Shown: positions 24,908 through 34,421 of the stretch, one piece after another
Layout of the letters: the number at the start of each line of letters is the position of its first letter
How positions within the stretch are numbered: position 1 is the first letter of the stretch
From: an uncultured virus (IMG/VR IMGVR_UViG_3300024518_002726)
Taxonomy: Duplodnaviria; Heunggongvirae; Uroviricota; Caudoviricetes; Crassvirales
Reading direction: 5' to 3' (one strand)
Virus record (IMG/VR): IMGVR_UViG_3300024518_002726
Length of the DNA stretch: 64,000 bases
Program-made: the position numbers and the translations under genes
The notes under the pieces: model-generated
The model's input: only the letters and a program-made list of their open reading frames with translations
The model's database searches: none
What the model was told of the DNA's origin: nothing

Positions 24908-25902
24908 AGAAAGAAACTGAACAGTTGTATAGAGATCACAGTGCTATTTCCTTCTCTGATCTGAAACTTTTATATGATAGTCCAGCAAGATTCCATGCTC
25001 TGAAGTATGGAACTGCTGAGGAACTAGGATTAAAGAGAAAGGAAAGTACTGGATATAAGGTTGGAGATATTGTTGATTGTCTCACACTCTATCCTGATGA
25101 TTTTGATGATCATTTTATAGTTAAAACAGAGGAGATGAAGGAGCCATCCTCTCCAAATATGATCAAGTTCTTGAGTCTTTATGATAAAGATATTCCTATA
25201 GCTAAAGCATATGAAGACTCCTACAGTACTCGTGGACTTAAGAAAATAGACATAGAGAATAAAGGTTTAGCTCTTATCAAAGAGTTGATGCCGTATATAA
25301 ACTTCAGAGATAGTATTGGAGATAGAAGACTAGTAGCTGAAGTAGATATAAACATTGCTAAAATCTGCGTACAAGTCTTAAAAGAGAACCCATTTGCCAA
25401 AGGATTCTTCTGGGGAGATAGATGGAGTGAGAGGTTTACTCAGAAAGTCATTAAAGGCACTGTGGATGATATTCTCTTTAAGTGTATGGTAGACCTTATT
25501 TTGGTTGATGATAATTCAAAGACTGTCTGGGTTATAGATCTTAAGACCATAGGTAGGAGTATGTCTATCATACGAAAACAAGTAAGGATGTTCCATTATG
25601 ATGAACAGCTTGTTTTCTATCTGATGATGATTCTTAGATGGATAAGTGCAAAGAGACCGGAACTTACAGATTATACATTCAGATTAGTTAATACGTTTGT
25701 ACAGACAGAACCTCTATATGAAGTAGATATAGTTGAATATAGTCAGGAATATATAAGTCTAGCCACTGTCAAAATAGACAAACTCATAGAGCGTTTGACG
25801 TATCACATAGAAACTGATAAGTGGGATATGAGTATGGAAAGACATAAGAATAGAGGTATTACGCTATTAACACCAAATGAGGAACGAGAGTGGCTAGTAT
25901 AA
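24904..25902 (+). CDS. PD-(D/E)XK exonuclease (RecE/DUF3799-like)
   Basis: ISFSDLK, KCMVDLI, VIDLKT, YDEQLVFY. Confidence 0.85.
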   Translation: MKKETEQLYRDHSAISFSDLKLLYDSPARFHALKYGTAEELGLKRKESTGYKVGDIVDCLTLYPDDFDDHFIVKTEEMKEPSSPNMIKFLSLYDKDIPIAKAYEDSYSTRGLKKIDIENKGLALIKELMPYINFRDSIGDRRLVAEVDINIAKICVQVLKENPFAKGFFWGDRWSERFTQKVIKGTVDDILFKCMVDLILVDDNSKTVWVIDLKTIGRSMSIIRKQVRMFHYDEQLVFYLMMILRWISAKRPELTDYTFRLVNTFVQTEPLYEVDIVEYSQEYISLATVKIDKLIERLTYHIETDKWDMSMERHKNRGITLLTPNEEREWLV

Positions 25903-26624
25903 AAGAGCAGTTTGGAGAAGAATGGTTCAGCCTTCTTGAAAGAGAGTTTAAGAAGCCTTATATGAAGAATATACAGGAACAACTCAAAATAGATAGGAGG
26001 AAGTTAATAATATGGCCTAAGAAGGAGAATGTATTTCGTGCTCTAAAGCTGACTCAGTTTAGTGATGTAAAGATTGTAATGCTAGGTCAAGACCCATACT
26101 ACACTAGAAATGTAGCAGATGGTCTTGCATTTTCTACACAGAATACCAAGTACACTCCTCCTACTCTTAAGAATATCTTCACAGAGCTTGAGACTGATAT
26201 TGGCTTCTTTCAGGTCGCCCACAATCCAGATTTAGAGCGTTGGGCACAGCAGGGTGTATTGCTCTTGAACGCCTCTCTCACGGTCATTCAGGGTGCTCCA
26301 GTGTCTCACGGACGCATAGGCTGGCAGTATCTCACAAAGCGGATTGTCAAGCTGCTTGCAGAGCGTGAAAATCCCTGTGGATTCGTTCTCTGGGGTCGAT
26401 ATGCACAGGCTGTAGCCAATCCCTTTATGGATACAGAGAGACATCTTATAATCCGCTCTCCTCATCCAAGTCCCAGATCAGCATCAAGAGGATTCTTTGG
26501 TAGTAAGCCATTTAGTCGTATCAATAAGTGGCTGGAACTGAATGATAAGAAACTAATAGATTGGACATGCCATGAGTATAAAACAGGAATGGTTCAGGGA
26601 GAAAACATTGAAGGAGAAGTGTGA
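25890..26624 (+). CDS. ung: Uracil-DNA glycosylase, family 1
   Basis: GQDPY, ADGLAFS, WAQQGVLLLN, FVLWG, HPSPRSA, GFFGSKPFS. Confidence 0.96.
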   Translation: MASIKEQFGEEWFSLLEREFKKPYMKNIQEQLKIDRRKLIIWPKKENVFRALKLTQFSDVKIVMLGQDPYYTRNVADGLAFSTQNTKYTPPTLKNIFTELETDIGFFQVAHNPDLERWAQQGVLLLNASLTVIQGAPVSHGRIGWQYLTKRIVKLLAERENPCGFVLWGRYAQAVANPFMDTERHLIIRSPHPSPRSASRGFFGSKPFSRINKWLELNDKKLIDWTCHEYKTGMVQGENIEGEV

Positions 26625-26769
26625 TTATATATCCGAGAGATTAGGAGAGGAACTTGATCTTAAAGATATACCTATAGAACTTCTTGGAATAAGTCTTGCA
26701 GCTAAAGTTGTTCTGGAAGATATAAGTAGAAAATTAACAGATGGTAGATTAACTGAGAAAGAATTATGA
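26572..26769 (+). CDS. Hypothetical protein
   Basis: ATGA-coupled to the peptidase gene. Confidence 0.55.
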   Translation: MSIKQEWFREKTLKEKCDYISERLGEELDLKDIPIELLGISLAAKVVLEDISRKLTDGRLTEKEL

Positions 26770-27197
26770 ATTTAAGAAATAATGAATTGGATACCTCTAT
26801 ATGGTATTCTACTCTATTGAAGCCAGAAAATTATAAAGTAAGTTATCATTTCTTCCTACGTGAGTTTGCTTCTCACGATGGAGAACATGGTGTACTTGTA
26901 CATAACGAGTTGCTTTTGGGATTAGAAGCTCTCAGGAATCATTTTAATGCAGTGGTAATGATTAACTCTGGGTATCGTAGTACAAGACATAATGAAATTG
27001 TAGGAGGAGTTAGAATGAGTAAACACTTATTTGGTCTTGCTGCTGATATAGATGTTTTAGGAATACACCCTGATATAGTAGCAGAATATGCAGGTATAAC
27101 ATTAGACTTTGGTGGAGTAGGGAGATATAATACATTTACACATGTAGATGTATTTGGAGAAGATAGAAGATGGGATAGTAGAACTCCTAGAGTATGA
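26766..27197 (+). CDS. Peptidase M15A-family Zn peptidase (putative endolysin)
   Basis: INSGYRS..HN..VGG...SKHLFGLAADI...FTHVD. Confidence 0.9.
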   Translation: MNLRNNELDTSIWYSTLLKPENYKVSYHFFLREFASHDGEHGVLVHNELLLGLEALRNHFNAVVMINSGYRSTRHNEIVGGVRMSKHLFGLAADIDVLGIHPDIVAEYAGITLDFGGVGRYNTFTHVDVFGEDRRWDSRTPRV

Positions 27198-29662
27198 GGA
27201 TAAAGCAGTATACATCACATGATTTTAGTGGAGATGCAATAAAGACAAAGAAGTTTGAATTAGATCCTCAAAGTATGAAGTTGGCTGTTGAGTTCTTCAG
27301 TCAATATAAAGATCCTATTGGTAGTATTGTAAGAGAAGTAACGACTAATTGTGCTGATTCTCGTAAGGAGATGTGGGATTATAAAACTGGTACTGTAGAA
27401 CAACTTAGAAGTTGGTATCCAAATCTTGAAAAGTTATCTGATGCTTCTATAATGAAGCTTAAGACATACTTTCAGAAGAAGCAGGATAAGCCAGTTGAAG
27501 TCAGACTTGAAGGATTAAGTTCTCTAGATTCCCATCCTACTATAGTATTCAGAGATTGGGGGGTAGGTATATCTCCTAGTCGAGCTGAAAATGTATATTC
27601 AAACTACTTTGCTTCTACTAAGAGGATGACCAACACTCAGATGGGTGCTTGGGGTCTTGGTGCAAAATCTCCACTTGGTTATATCGAAATATTTAGTGTA
27701 GACACTGTATTTAATGGTAAGAGATATGAGTACATAATAAGAGCTACAGAGAGTTCTCCTGACTTTGATCTGTATTCTGTTACAGATACAGATGAGGAGA
27801 ACAATACTGTAGTGATGGTTTCTATCAAGGATGGTGATTTGGGTGCTTTTCAGAAAGCAATAAGTGAACAGTTAGCATACTTTGACGATCTTAGATTCAT
27901 CAATTGTGGTCTTGAAGGAGACTATGAGATATATAGGGGAGAACATTTTATATACAGAAGTAATACTCCTTTTACGGAGATGCACCTCTGTCTAGGAAAT
28001 GTTTATTATCCTATATCATTCTATACCATGAATTGGGCTTATCAATCTGGTCGTAATTGTCCTATAGGTCTTCTCTTCTCTATGGATGAAGTTGAGAAGC
28101 TTACTATAATGAAGACCAGAGAAGATCTTACGTATGACTTCGATACTGTACAATGTATACGAGATAAGTATGATCTTGCTAAAGAGGAACTAACTGATCT
28201 AGTTAATGAAGCAGATGAACCAATACAAGATCTTCTTGAGTATTATGATGCTATTCATCAGGATACAAGAAAGGTTCAAATATATCCCGGTGTTTCTGTA
28301 GCTGGTTTAGATGACTTAGTTACTGTAGAGAAGATTAAATTAGCAGGTTATGATAATCTTAAGAAGATTCCTGATAATCCTTTTGATTTATTCTTTAAAC
28401 TCAAAGCCAAGTTAGGACCCGCAGGAAAGAGAAAACTTCAACAGAGAGATCTACAGTTGAAGAGATATATCATGGGGGAGAGTACATGGTTTAGACCATA
28501 CTATAGGTGTAAACCTGAAACTCTTCTTTCTGGTCAAAAGAACAGATATCTTGCTAGACTTAACAATTGCCTTCTTGTATCTACAAGACTTATTTTTGAT
28601 TTTCAAGATGAAGCTATAAAGACCAATGGAGTATTGTTGAATTATTTTGGACTTGGTAGCCAAGATGAGATGACAGATGCTCAACTATTGGAAATAAGGG
28701 CTTTTGCTAAGTCTGTAGAGAGTATAGTTACTGATAGACTTACAATGTATGAAGATCAAACAGTAGATCTTCTCTGGGTTGAAGAGGAAAAGAAGGAGAG
28801 TAAGGCGTTAAGAACGCAAAGGAAGGGTAGTATTACCATAAAGGATATCTATCAGAATGACAGATATAATGTACGTATGGGACAGGCTCCTCTTAAATGG
28901 TCTATGGATAGGTTTGAGATCAATTATTGGATTAATACTGTACAGAAAGGGAGATCGAGTAGTTTGATTATCTATGGTTATCAGTCAGATGAACCTATGT
29001 TATTTGCTGCTGCTTCTATCATCTTTCATCAGAAGAATCTTCATCATTCCCATTATAATCATGTATTAGATGCAAAAAAGATCTCTATCTATAAGATAGC
29101 TGTAGGTAATACCCACGTAATGGAACAATTAGAAAATACAATACATGTGAATGACTTTTTATCCTTAACAAGAGGTGCATCTATAATACGAAGATCTATG
29201 ACTGCTCATAGACTTAACATTATCATGGGTCCTCAACTTGCAAGACTTCTTCACCCTAATCTTATGAAGGTGAATCCGAGTCTATATATTATTATTAACA
29301 GACTCCATAGCTATATACAAAGTAATACATCTAATCCAAGAGGTGCTATAAAAGTCAACGAAGAGTTAGTAGAGTTCTTCAATGATTATGAAAGAAAGAG
29401 AAGAAAGATGATAGCTAGAGCTAAGAGGTTTAATAAACCTATGCCTAGACTTGAACCAGCATATGACTACGCTATCATAGAACTAGCACAGGAAGTATCT
29501 TCTCATCTAGATAAGTATTCTCTACTACCTTGGTTAGATTTTGATGTAATACCCAGTGAGGTTCTTGAGAACTATTTCGGGAGTTTATCTCCAATTAACT
29601 CTAGATTACTAAAGAGGTTTAAAGCACATGTCAGAACTAAAGCAAAAGTGCTTGGTAAGTAG
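27194..29662 (+). CDS. rIIA: rIIA-like protein (N-terminal GHKL/HSP90-type ATPase)
   Basis: YKDPIGSIVREVTTNCADS, RDWGVGIS, ASTK, MGAWGLGAKSPLGY; followed by an rIIB-like gene. Confidence 0.85.
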   Translation: MRIKQYTSHDFSGDAIKTKKFELDPQSMKLAVEFFSQYKDPIGSIVREVTTNCADSRKEMWDYKTGTVEQLRSWYPNLEKLSDASIMKLKTYFQKKQDKPVEVRLEGLSSLDSHPTIVFRDWGVGISPSRAENVYSNYFASTKRMTNTQMGAWGLGAKSPLGYIEIFSVDTVFNGKRYEYIIRATESSPDFDLYSVTDTDEENNTVVMVSIKDGDLGAFQKAISEQLAYFDDLRFINCGLEGDYEIYRGEHFIYRSNTPFTEMHLCLGNVYYPISFYTMNWAYQSGRNCPIGLLFSMDEVEKLTIMKTREDLTYDFDTVQCIRDKYDLAKEELTDLVNEADEPIQDLLEYYDAIHQDTRKVQIYPGVSVAGLDDLVTVEKIKLAGYDNLKKIPDNPFDLFFKLKAKLGPAGKRKLQQRDLQLKRYIMGESTWFRPYYRCKPETLLSGQKNRYLARLNNCLLVSTRLIFDFQDEAIKTNGVLLNYFGLGSQDEMTDAQLLEIRAFAKSVESIVTDRLTMYEDQTVDLLWVEEEKKESKALRTQRKGSITIKDIYQNDRYNVRMGQAPLKWSMDRFEINYWINTVQKGRSSSLIIYGYQSDEPMLFAAASIIFHQKNLHHSHYNHVLDAKKISIYKIAVGNTHVMEQLENTIHVNDFLSLTRGASIIRRSMTAHRLNIIMGPQLARLLHPNLMKVNPSLYIIINRLHSYIQSNTSNPRGAIKVNEELVEFFNDYERKRRKMIARAKRFNKPMPRLEPAYDYAIIELAQEVSSHLDKYSLLPWLDFDVIPSEVLENYFGSLSPINSRLLKRFKAHVRTKAKVLGK

Positions 29663-30809
29663 AAACGTAGAGAAAGGAATCACTACCATGATTATTGGTT
29701 CCAAACACTATCGGGAGAAAGATCCAAATGGAGAGATATATGCTGCTGCTCAGAGTTTTCGAGCAAAGAGGAGTCGGGCAGCACTTGATTTTCTCATGGG
29801 TCTTCTTGCTCCTGAGTTAAAAGCTATGGAAAAGGCTATAGAGGTCGCTTTCTCTTCAGATGAATTTGAAGTGATAGATGATCAAATTTGTTTGAAAGGA
29901 ACGAATATTCCGCTTCCTCCTGTAATGGTGAGAAAGGTGAAGCACTTTGCAGAGAAAGGTTATCCTCTATCGGCTCTTGCAAACTTTTGGTCTCTTTGTC
30001 TCCTTAATCCCAGTGCCGTAGCCAGAGATAGGTTCTATGAGTACTGTGATAAGTACAACGTAACTATTACCGATGGTGGTTATGCTGTATTATATAAGAC
30101 AGTTACTCATAAGAGAAAGGCCAAGTATCGTACAGACCTTGCTGACTTTGTAGCAGAAGCTGTATTGAAGGTGAAGAGAAGTAAGAAAGCGAAGAAGTGG
30201 TATGATGTGTATCTCATACAAGAGAATGGTGAGGATTATTACGAATTACATCATACACAAGCAAAGAATCTTCCTACTGGTGAAGGTAAAACAAAGTCTG
30301 GAAATCTAGACTATCTCTTTGGTAAGTTGGATGAGATTGCAAGAGAGAGTAAAACTCTTTATACAGATAAGCATTCAAAGAAGATGAATATCTATCTTGG
30401 TACTCCTGTTTCTATGTCAAGAGAGAAATGTGATCCTAATATTAATAGTGCTTGTTCTTATGGTCTCCATGTAGGTTCTGAAGCATATGTTCAAGAATTT
30501 GCAAGTCCAAGTGATACTGTTCTAGCTACTCTTGTAAGTCCAATGAATGTTGTAGCTCTTCCTTTCTATGACAATTCAAAGATCAGGGTTTGTGAGTACT
30601 TCCCCTATGCTATAATGAGTAGAGATAGTACTGGACATTGGGATGAACTTGAAACAGAGTACTTTGAAGAGAACTTCAGAGATTACGAGAGAGATACTAT
30701 AAAGCTACTCACTCTTAATACTGGACAGGTTTCTGTTGAAGTTTCACCAAGGGTCATTGATCTATATGGAACAGGAAAGAAGAAACGAAAGCCAAGAAGT
30801 AAAAAGTGA
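29628..30809 (+). CDS. rIIB: rIIB-like protein
   Basis: NFWSLCLLNPS, ITDGGYAVLYK, CDPN..SACSYGLHVGS..YV, KIRVCEY. Confidence 0.88.
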   Translation: MSELKQKCLVSRNVEKGITTMIIGSKHYREKDPNGEIYAAAQSFRAKRSRAALDFLMGLLAPELKAMEKAIEVAFSSDEFEVIDDQICLKGTNIPLPPVMVRKVKHFAEKGYPLSALANFWSLCLLNPSAVARDRFYEYCDKYNVTITDGGYAVLYKTVTHKRKAKYRTDLADFVAEAVLKVKRSKKAKKWYDVYLIQENGEDYYELHHTQAKNLPTGEGKTKSGNLDYLFGKLDEIARESKTLYTDKHSKKMNIYLGTPVSMSREKCDPNINSACSYGLHVGSEAYVQEFASPSDTVLATLVSPMNVVALPFYDNSKIRVCEYFPYAIMSRDSTGHWDELETEYFEENFRDYERDTIKLLTLNTGQVSVEVSPRVIDLYGTGKKKRKPRSKK

Positions 30810-31056
30810 TAATGAGGTAGATAGGGGGCTTCGGCCCCCTAACCTCACACATGAGGAATTAAAATTTGAAAAAAGAATACAAGGCTCCAGAGTTAATAGG
30901 TTCTATGGAAGAGTAGCTAGTGTATCAACTGAACACGGTTGTATCACTATTTTCTATGAGGGAGGAGAAGTTGTTTCACTTCCCTTAATAGTTAATACCT
31001 ATCATTACTTTCATTACCTTGTGGAAAAGTACTTTTTAGAGTTTCTAAACACTTGA
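30736..31056 (+). CDS. Doubtful ORF or gene remnant (start unclear)
   Basis: TTG start inside rIIB and the ORF crosses the hairpin; the 3' part looks protein-like. Confidence 0.3.
   Translation: MKFHQGSLIYMEQERRNESQEVKSDNEVDRGLRPPNLTHEELKFEKRIQGSRVNRFYGRVASVSTEHGCITIFYEGGEVVSLPLIVNTYHYFHYLVEKYFLEFLNT
30823..30840 (+). terminator. GC hairpin with cUUCGg loop after rIIB
   Basis: AGGGGGC-TTCG-GCCCCCT; no U-tract. Confidence 0.5.
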
Positions 31057-31104
31057 CTTATGGGGATATAGGGAGTATCTTCAGACAACCCTCCCTTTAT
31101 CCCC
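31053..31104 (+). promoter_or_regulatory. Promoter embedded in an inverted repeat
   Basis: TTGACT-N17-TATCTT; arms GGGGATATAGGGAG (31062-31075) and CTCCCTTTATCCCC (31091-31104). Confidence 0.55.
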
Positions 31105-31191
31105 CCTTTTTCTGTGTCGTTATTAACGGATAAAGAAGAGAGGTCAGTTCTTTTTTTAAACTCAGATAGTTAAGGTAATACAGTTCTAACC

Positions 31192-31800
31192 GTGAGTGGT
31201 TGTTTCGGTAGAGATGCAGGATCAAGTGAATTTGATCCTATTGTACCAGTTCCTCCCATTATACCAAGTCTTTGTGCAGTGATGGGAAAGGAATTAGCTT
31301 GTGAAGGATTTAGCGGTACAGTTAGAGTAGTATGGTGTACTACTTTACCTTCAGATAGTAAAGTGTATGTAAGCATCGTTGGTGCTACTGGTCCTTGGAT
31401 ACTTGTAGATTCGGATATAACTCTAGTTAATTGCCATGATATAACATTTGGAGTATTGGCAATTGGTACACACTGGTTCTATGTAGAAAGTGAATATGCT
31501 ACAGGACTTGTACAAACTAGTGATGTTTACGTTTTTTGCACTTCTGGTCTATTTATCTTTGAGCAAAGTGGAGATGATCTACTTGAAATAATCTATGAAC
31601 TAGTTCCTCTATTTGGGGAACAAGTTGTATATGTGACTATGACAGGAGAATGGATAGATGCTGGTTTGGACGCAGGTGAAGTTCTTCCACCTGAAATATC
31701 AACTCCTACATATGAATTAGTCACACTTTTCGGAGAGAATCTAAATATAATAGATAGTGACTCCCATTTTACAGAATTTGGATCAATAATAGTATCATAA
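31192..31800 (+). CDS. Putative structural protein with an FN3-like domain
   Basis: VVWCTTLPSDSKVYV...HDITF...THWFYVES pattern; internal YELV.LFGE repeat; start uncertain. Confidence 0.55.
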   Translation: MSGCFGRDAGSSEFDPIVPVPPIIPSLCAVMGKELACEGFSGTVRVVWCTTLPSDSKVYVSIVGATGPWILVDSDITLVNCHDITFGVLAIGTHWFYVESEYATGLVQTSDVYVFCTSGLFIFEQSGDDLLEIIYELVPLFGEQVVYVTMTGEWIDAGLDAGEVLPPEISTPTYELVTLFGENLNIIDSDSHFTEFGSIIVS

Positions 31801-33725
31801 TGAGTAGAGTTATTCATCTAGATGAGAAGCTTGCTACAAAAAGACTTCATTTAGGAAGTAAGTCTCCAATTCAAGCACCGATGACTGAAATTATTCCTTC
31901 TAATCATCTTATTCAACCACTCAGTATTGGTTTTGGTGAAAGTCTAACTACTGAAGTCAATATTGGTGTTATTGGAAGAGATGGAAAAAGGAGAGTAATT
32001 GAACAAAGAGAAGGTCACTCTCTTACATATGGTTTCTTATGGCTTCTTTATTGTCAAATGGCAGGGATATATAGATATGACAAAGTTAGTGTAGTAGACG
32101 GTGGAAATATATTTCCAGATAACTATGCTAAATCTTCCTATATAGAACCGGGTGATGATAGAGAAGGTTGTATAGTTGCTACTGCAAGTCAAGCAGCTAC
32201 TTGTAGAATAACAGTCACTGCTGATACAGCGATGGGTACTGAAAATACTCTGATTAAAGTATGGGGCGCTACAGGTATGACAGAACTCAATGGAGAGTTC
32301 TATGCAAAATATGTCTCAAGTAACACATTTGATCTCTATACTGATGAAACAGAAGCAGTTCCTTTAGATACAAGTTTAGCATCACCTTTAAGTAACACAC
32401 CTGAATGTGTTATGGGTGGACATATCCCAGATTACGTAGCACAAACTAGTTGGTGGGCATCAACTGATAACTTCGACAATCCATACCTTGTAATTGGAAC
32501 TGGAAATACTCCTGTACGATTCTTTGATTGGACACTAGATGAATATATTTCACATGGTACAGGAACTAATCAGGTAGAATATACAGCAACAACAATCACT
32601 GCTCCTGTTATTGATGCACCTAATGATACTGGAATTATTCAGTTCAGCGCACAGATGGCAAACAATAGTGGGAGTTCAATCACAGCAAAGGAAATAGGAA
32701 TTGGTGTAGATTTTGAAGTCTTTACCTCAGATATTCAGCAAAAAATGCTTGTTGCTAGAGATCTGATTTCGGCTGGTGTAGGAGTTGCTATCTTACATGG
32801 GGAAGCACTTGACATTCAGTATCGTCTCAAGATTGATTCTGATCCTGCAAGTGGAAATGGTGGTTGGGTACGTCAATTCCTTGAGTTGATGTATCGACAA
32901 TTCGCTTACAATACGACTCGGGAAGTTAAGACTTGGGAAAACGCTAATCATACAGCAGCAACATATACTGGATTCCATATGAGAGTCCAAGCAGAAGGAG
33001 GTTTTTCGAAAGGAACAAGTGTTACTGCTAACTCTATAGGTGCTGAAAAAAACTATTTTATTGGTCCTTTATTTGGTGTATATAGTGGAGCAGCAGCACC
33101 AACTGTCTCAATTGATGATTTTTCTCTTGTAGATGGAGGTGCAGCAGATAGTATTATTCATCATGGAAGAGATACAGATGAAGTACTTATATATGGTTCT
33201 TTATGTGAGAATCCCAAATTACTTAGTGTTCTTACACTAACGGCAGGTGCAGGTGGGGATACAATAACATCTCTTACTGTCAATCAAATTGCAACTGAGC
33301 TTTTAAGTGCTACCGTAAACTTCAATACAGATCTTGCCACCACAGCAGGAGATATTGCTACTAACATTGCAGCATATAGTGGCACAAGTGGATATACAGC
33401 AGAAGCTATAGGAGCTGTTATTTATATTTCAAAAGTTGCTCCTGCTCATCAAGTTGACATTAGAGATGATTTTGTTAATGTTCCTACATTTACTGGAACA
33501 TTAGATGGAACATCTCAAGCAGGAGCATCATTTGAAGTATCTAAGTTAATGGAGAATAGAAGTGGAGCAACTATTACTGCATATGAAGCAGGGTTGTTCT
33601 GTTGCTATAACTATATTGACCCAGAGTATATTTACATGATGGCTCGGCATCCAATTTCAGGTGGGTTTGCAATTCCAAATAATCAGATAGGGAAACTGAC
33701 ATATAGAATCATTGGAATTGCATAA
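31800..33725 (+). CDS. Putative tail or baseplate-attachment protein with a duplicated domain
   Basis: T/G/A-rich; two copies of N[NR]SG..ITA.E.G...M[LM].AR......YR. Confidence 0.65.
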   Translation: MSRVIHLDEKLATKRLHLGSKSPIQAPMTEIIPSNHLIQPLSIGFGESLTTEVNIGVIGRDGKRRVIEQREGHSLTYGFLWLLYCQMAGIYRYDKVSVVDGGNIFPDNYAKSSYIEPGDDREGCIVATASQAATCRITVTADTAMGTENTLIKVWGATGMTELNGEFYAKYVSSNTFDLYTDETEAVPLDTSLASPLSNTPECVMGGHIPDYVAQTSWWASTDNFDNPYLVIGTGNTPVRFFDWTLDEYISHGTGTNQVEYTATTITAPVIDAPNDTGIIQFSAQMANNSGSSITAKEIGIGVDFEVFTSDIQQKMLVARDLISAGVGVAILHGEALDIQYRLKIDSDPASGNGGWVRQFLELMYRQFAYNTTREVKTWENANHTAATYTGFHMRVQAEGGFSKGTSVTANSIGAEKNYFIGPLFGVYSGAAAPTVSIDDFSLVDGGAADSIIHHGRDTDEVLIYGSLCENPKLLSVLTLTAGAGGDTITSLTVNQIATELLSATVNFNTDLATTAGDIATNIAAYSGTSGYTAEAIGAVIYISKVAPAHQVDIRDDFVNVPTFTGTLDGTSQAGASFEVSKLMENRSGATITAYEAGLFCCYNYIDPEYIYMMARHPISGGFAIPNNQIGKLTYRIIGIA

Positions 33726-33758
33726 GAAAAAAGAGAACAACATTCAGGGTATACTACA

Positions 33759-34166
33759 ATGGTAATGCAAGCAACAGATGATCTCTATAGTCCTGTTAAG
33801 AATCTCCACGAAGATTTAAATGCTGTTGGAGTTCAACTACGATCCTTGACTATTGCAGACGAAGGAACAACTAGTTCTTCTATCTACATAGCCGATGCAG
33901 TTCCTGTAAGACTAGATATGCCTTCTAGTGGTGCATGGGAAGCAGCAAACCTCACATTCCAAGCATCTCCTGATGGAACTACTTGGAGAGATCTTTATGA
34001 TAAAGATGGAGATCAGATAACCATTACAGGTCCTGATGTAGACTATTCTATAGCTCTTAATCCAGCAGAGTTTGCTTATGCTGGACCATATCTAAGAGTA
34101 GTTGCTTCTGCTGCACAAACAACAGGAGCCAAAGTACTTACTCTCTATATACGAAGAGTACTATAA
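33759..34166 (+). CDS. Putative virion beta-sandwich protein
   Basis: LTFQASPDGTTWRDL...YLRVV. Confidence 0.6.
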   Translation: MVMQATDDLYSPVKNLHEDLNAVGVQLRSLTIADEGTTSSSIYIADAVPVRLDMPSSGAWEAANLTFQASPDGTTWRDLYDKDGDQITITGPDVDYSIALNPAEFAYAGPYLRVVASAAQTTGAKVLTLYIRRVL

Positions 34167-34420
34167 TGTCTTTGCTTACACTCTTTCGACGTAGTGAAGC
34201 AGCAGCGGCTGAATCTCCTGCTGTACCAGAAGGTGGAAGTGCTGCTGTAAATATAGATTGGACAGTTGCCTCCGCTACAGATGTAGATGACCACAATATT
34301 GATTTTGTTGCAGTAACATCATATGGTGGTGGATACGGAAGTATACTAGTAAACTTTGAAGCGGAATCTACTACAGATGTAGATGACCATAATTTAGACT
34401 TAACAATAAGCGTAATTTAA
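34166..34420 (+). CDS. Small protein with internal duplication
   Basis: TDVDDHN[IL]D occurs twice; DNA repeat CTACAGATGTAGATGACCA. Confidence 0.65.
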   Translation: MSLLTLFRRSEAAAAESPAVPEGGSAAVNIDWTVASATDVDDHNIDFVAVTSYGGGYGSILVNFEAESTTDVDDHNLDLTISVI

Positions 34421-34421
34421 A

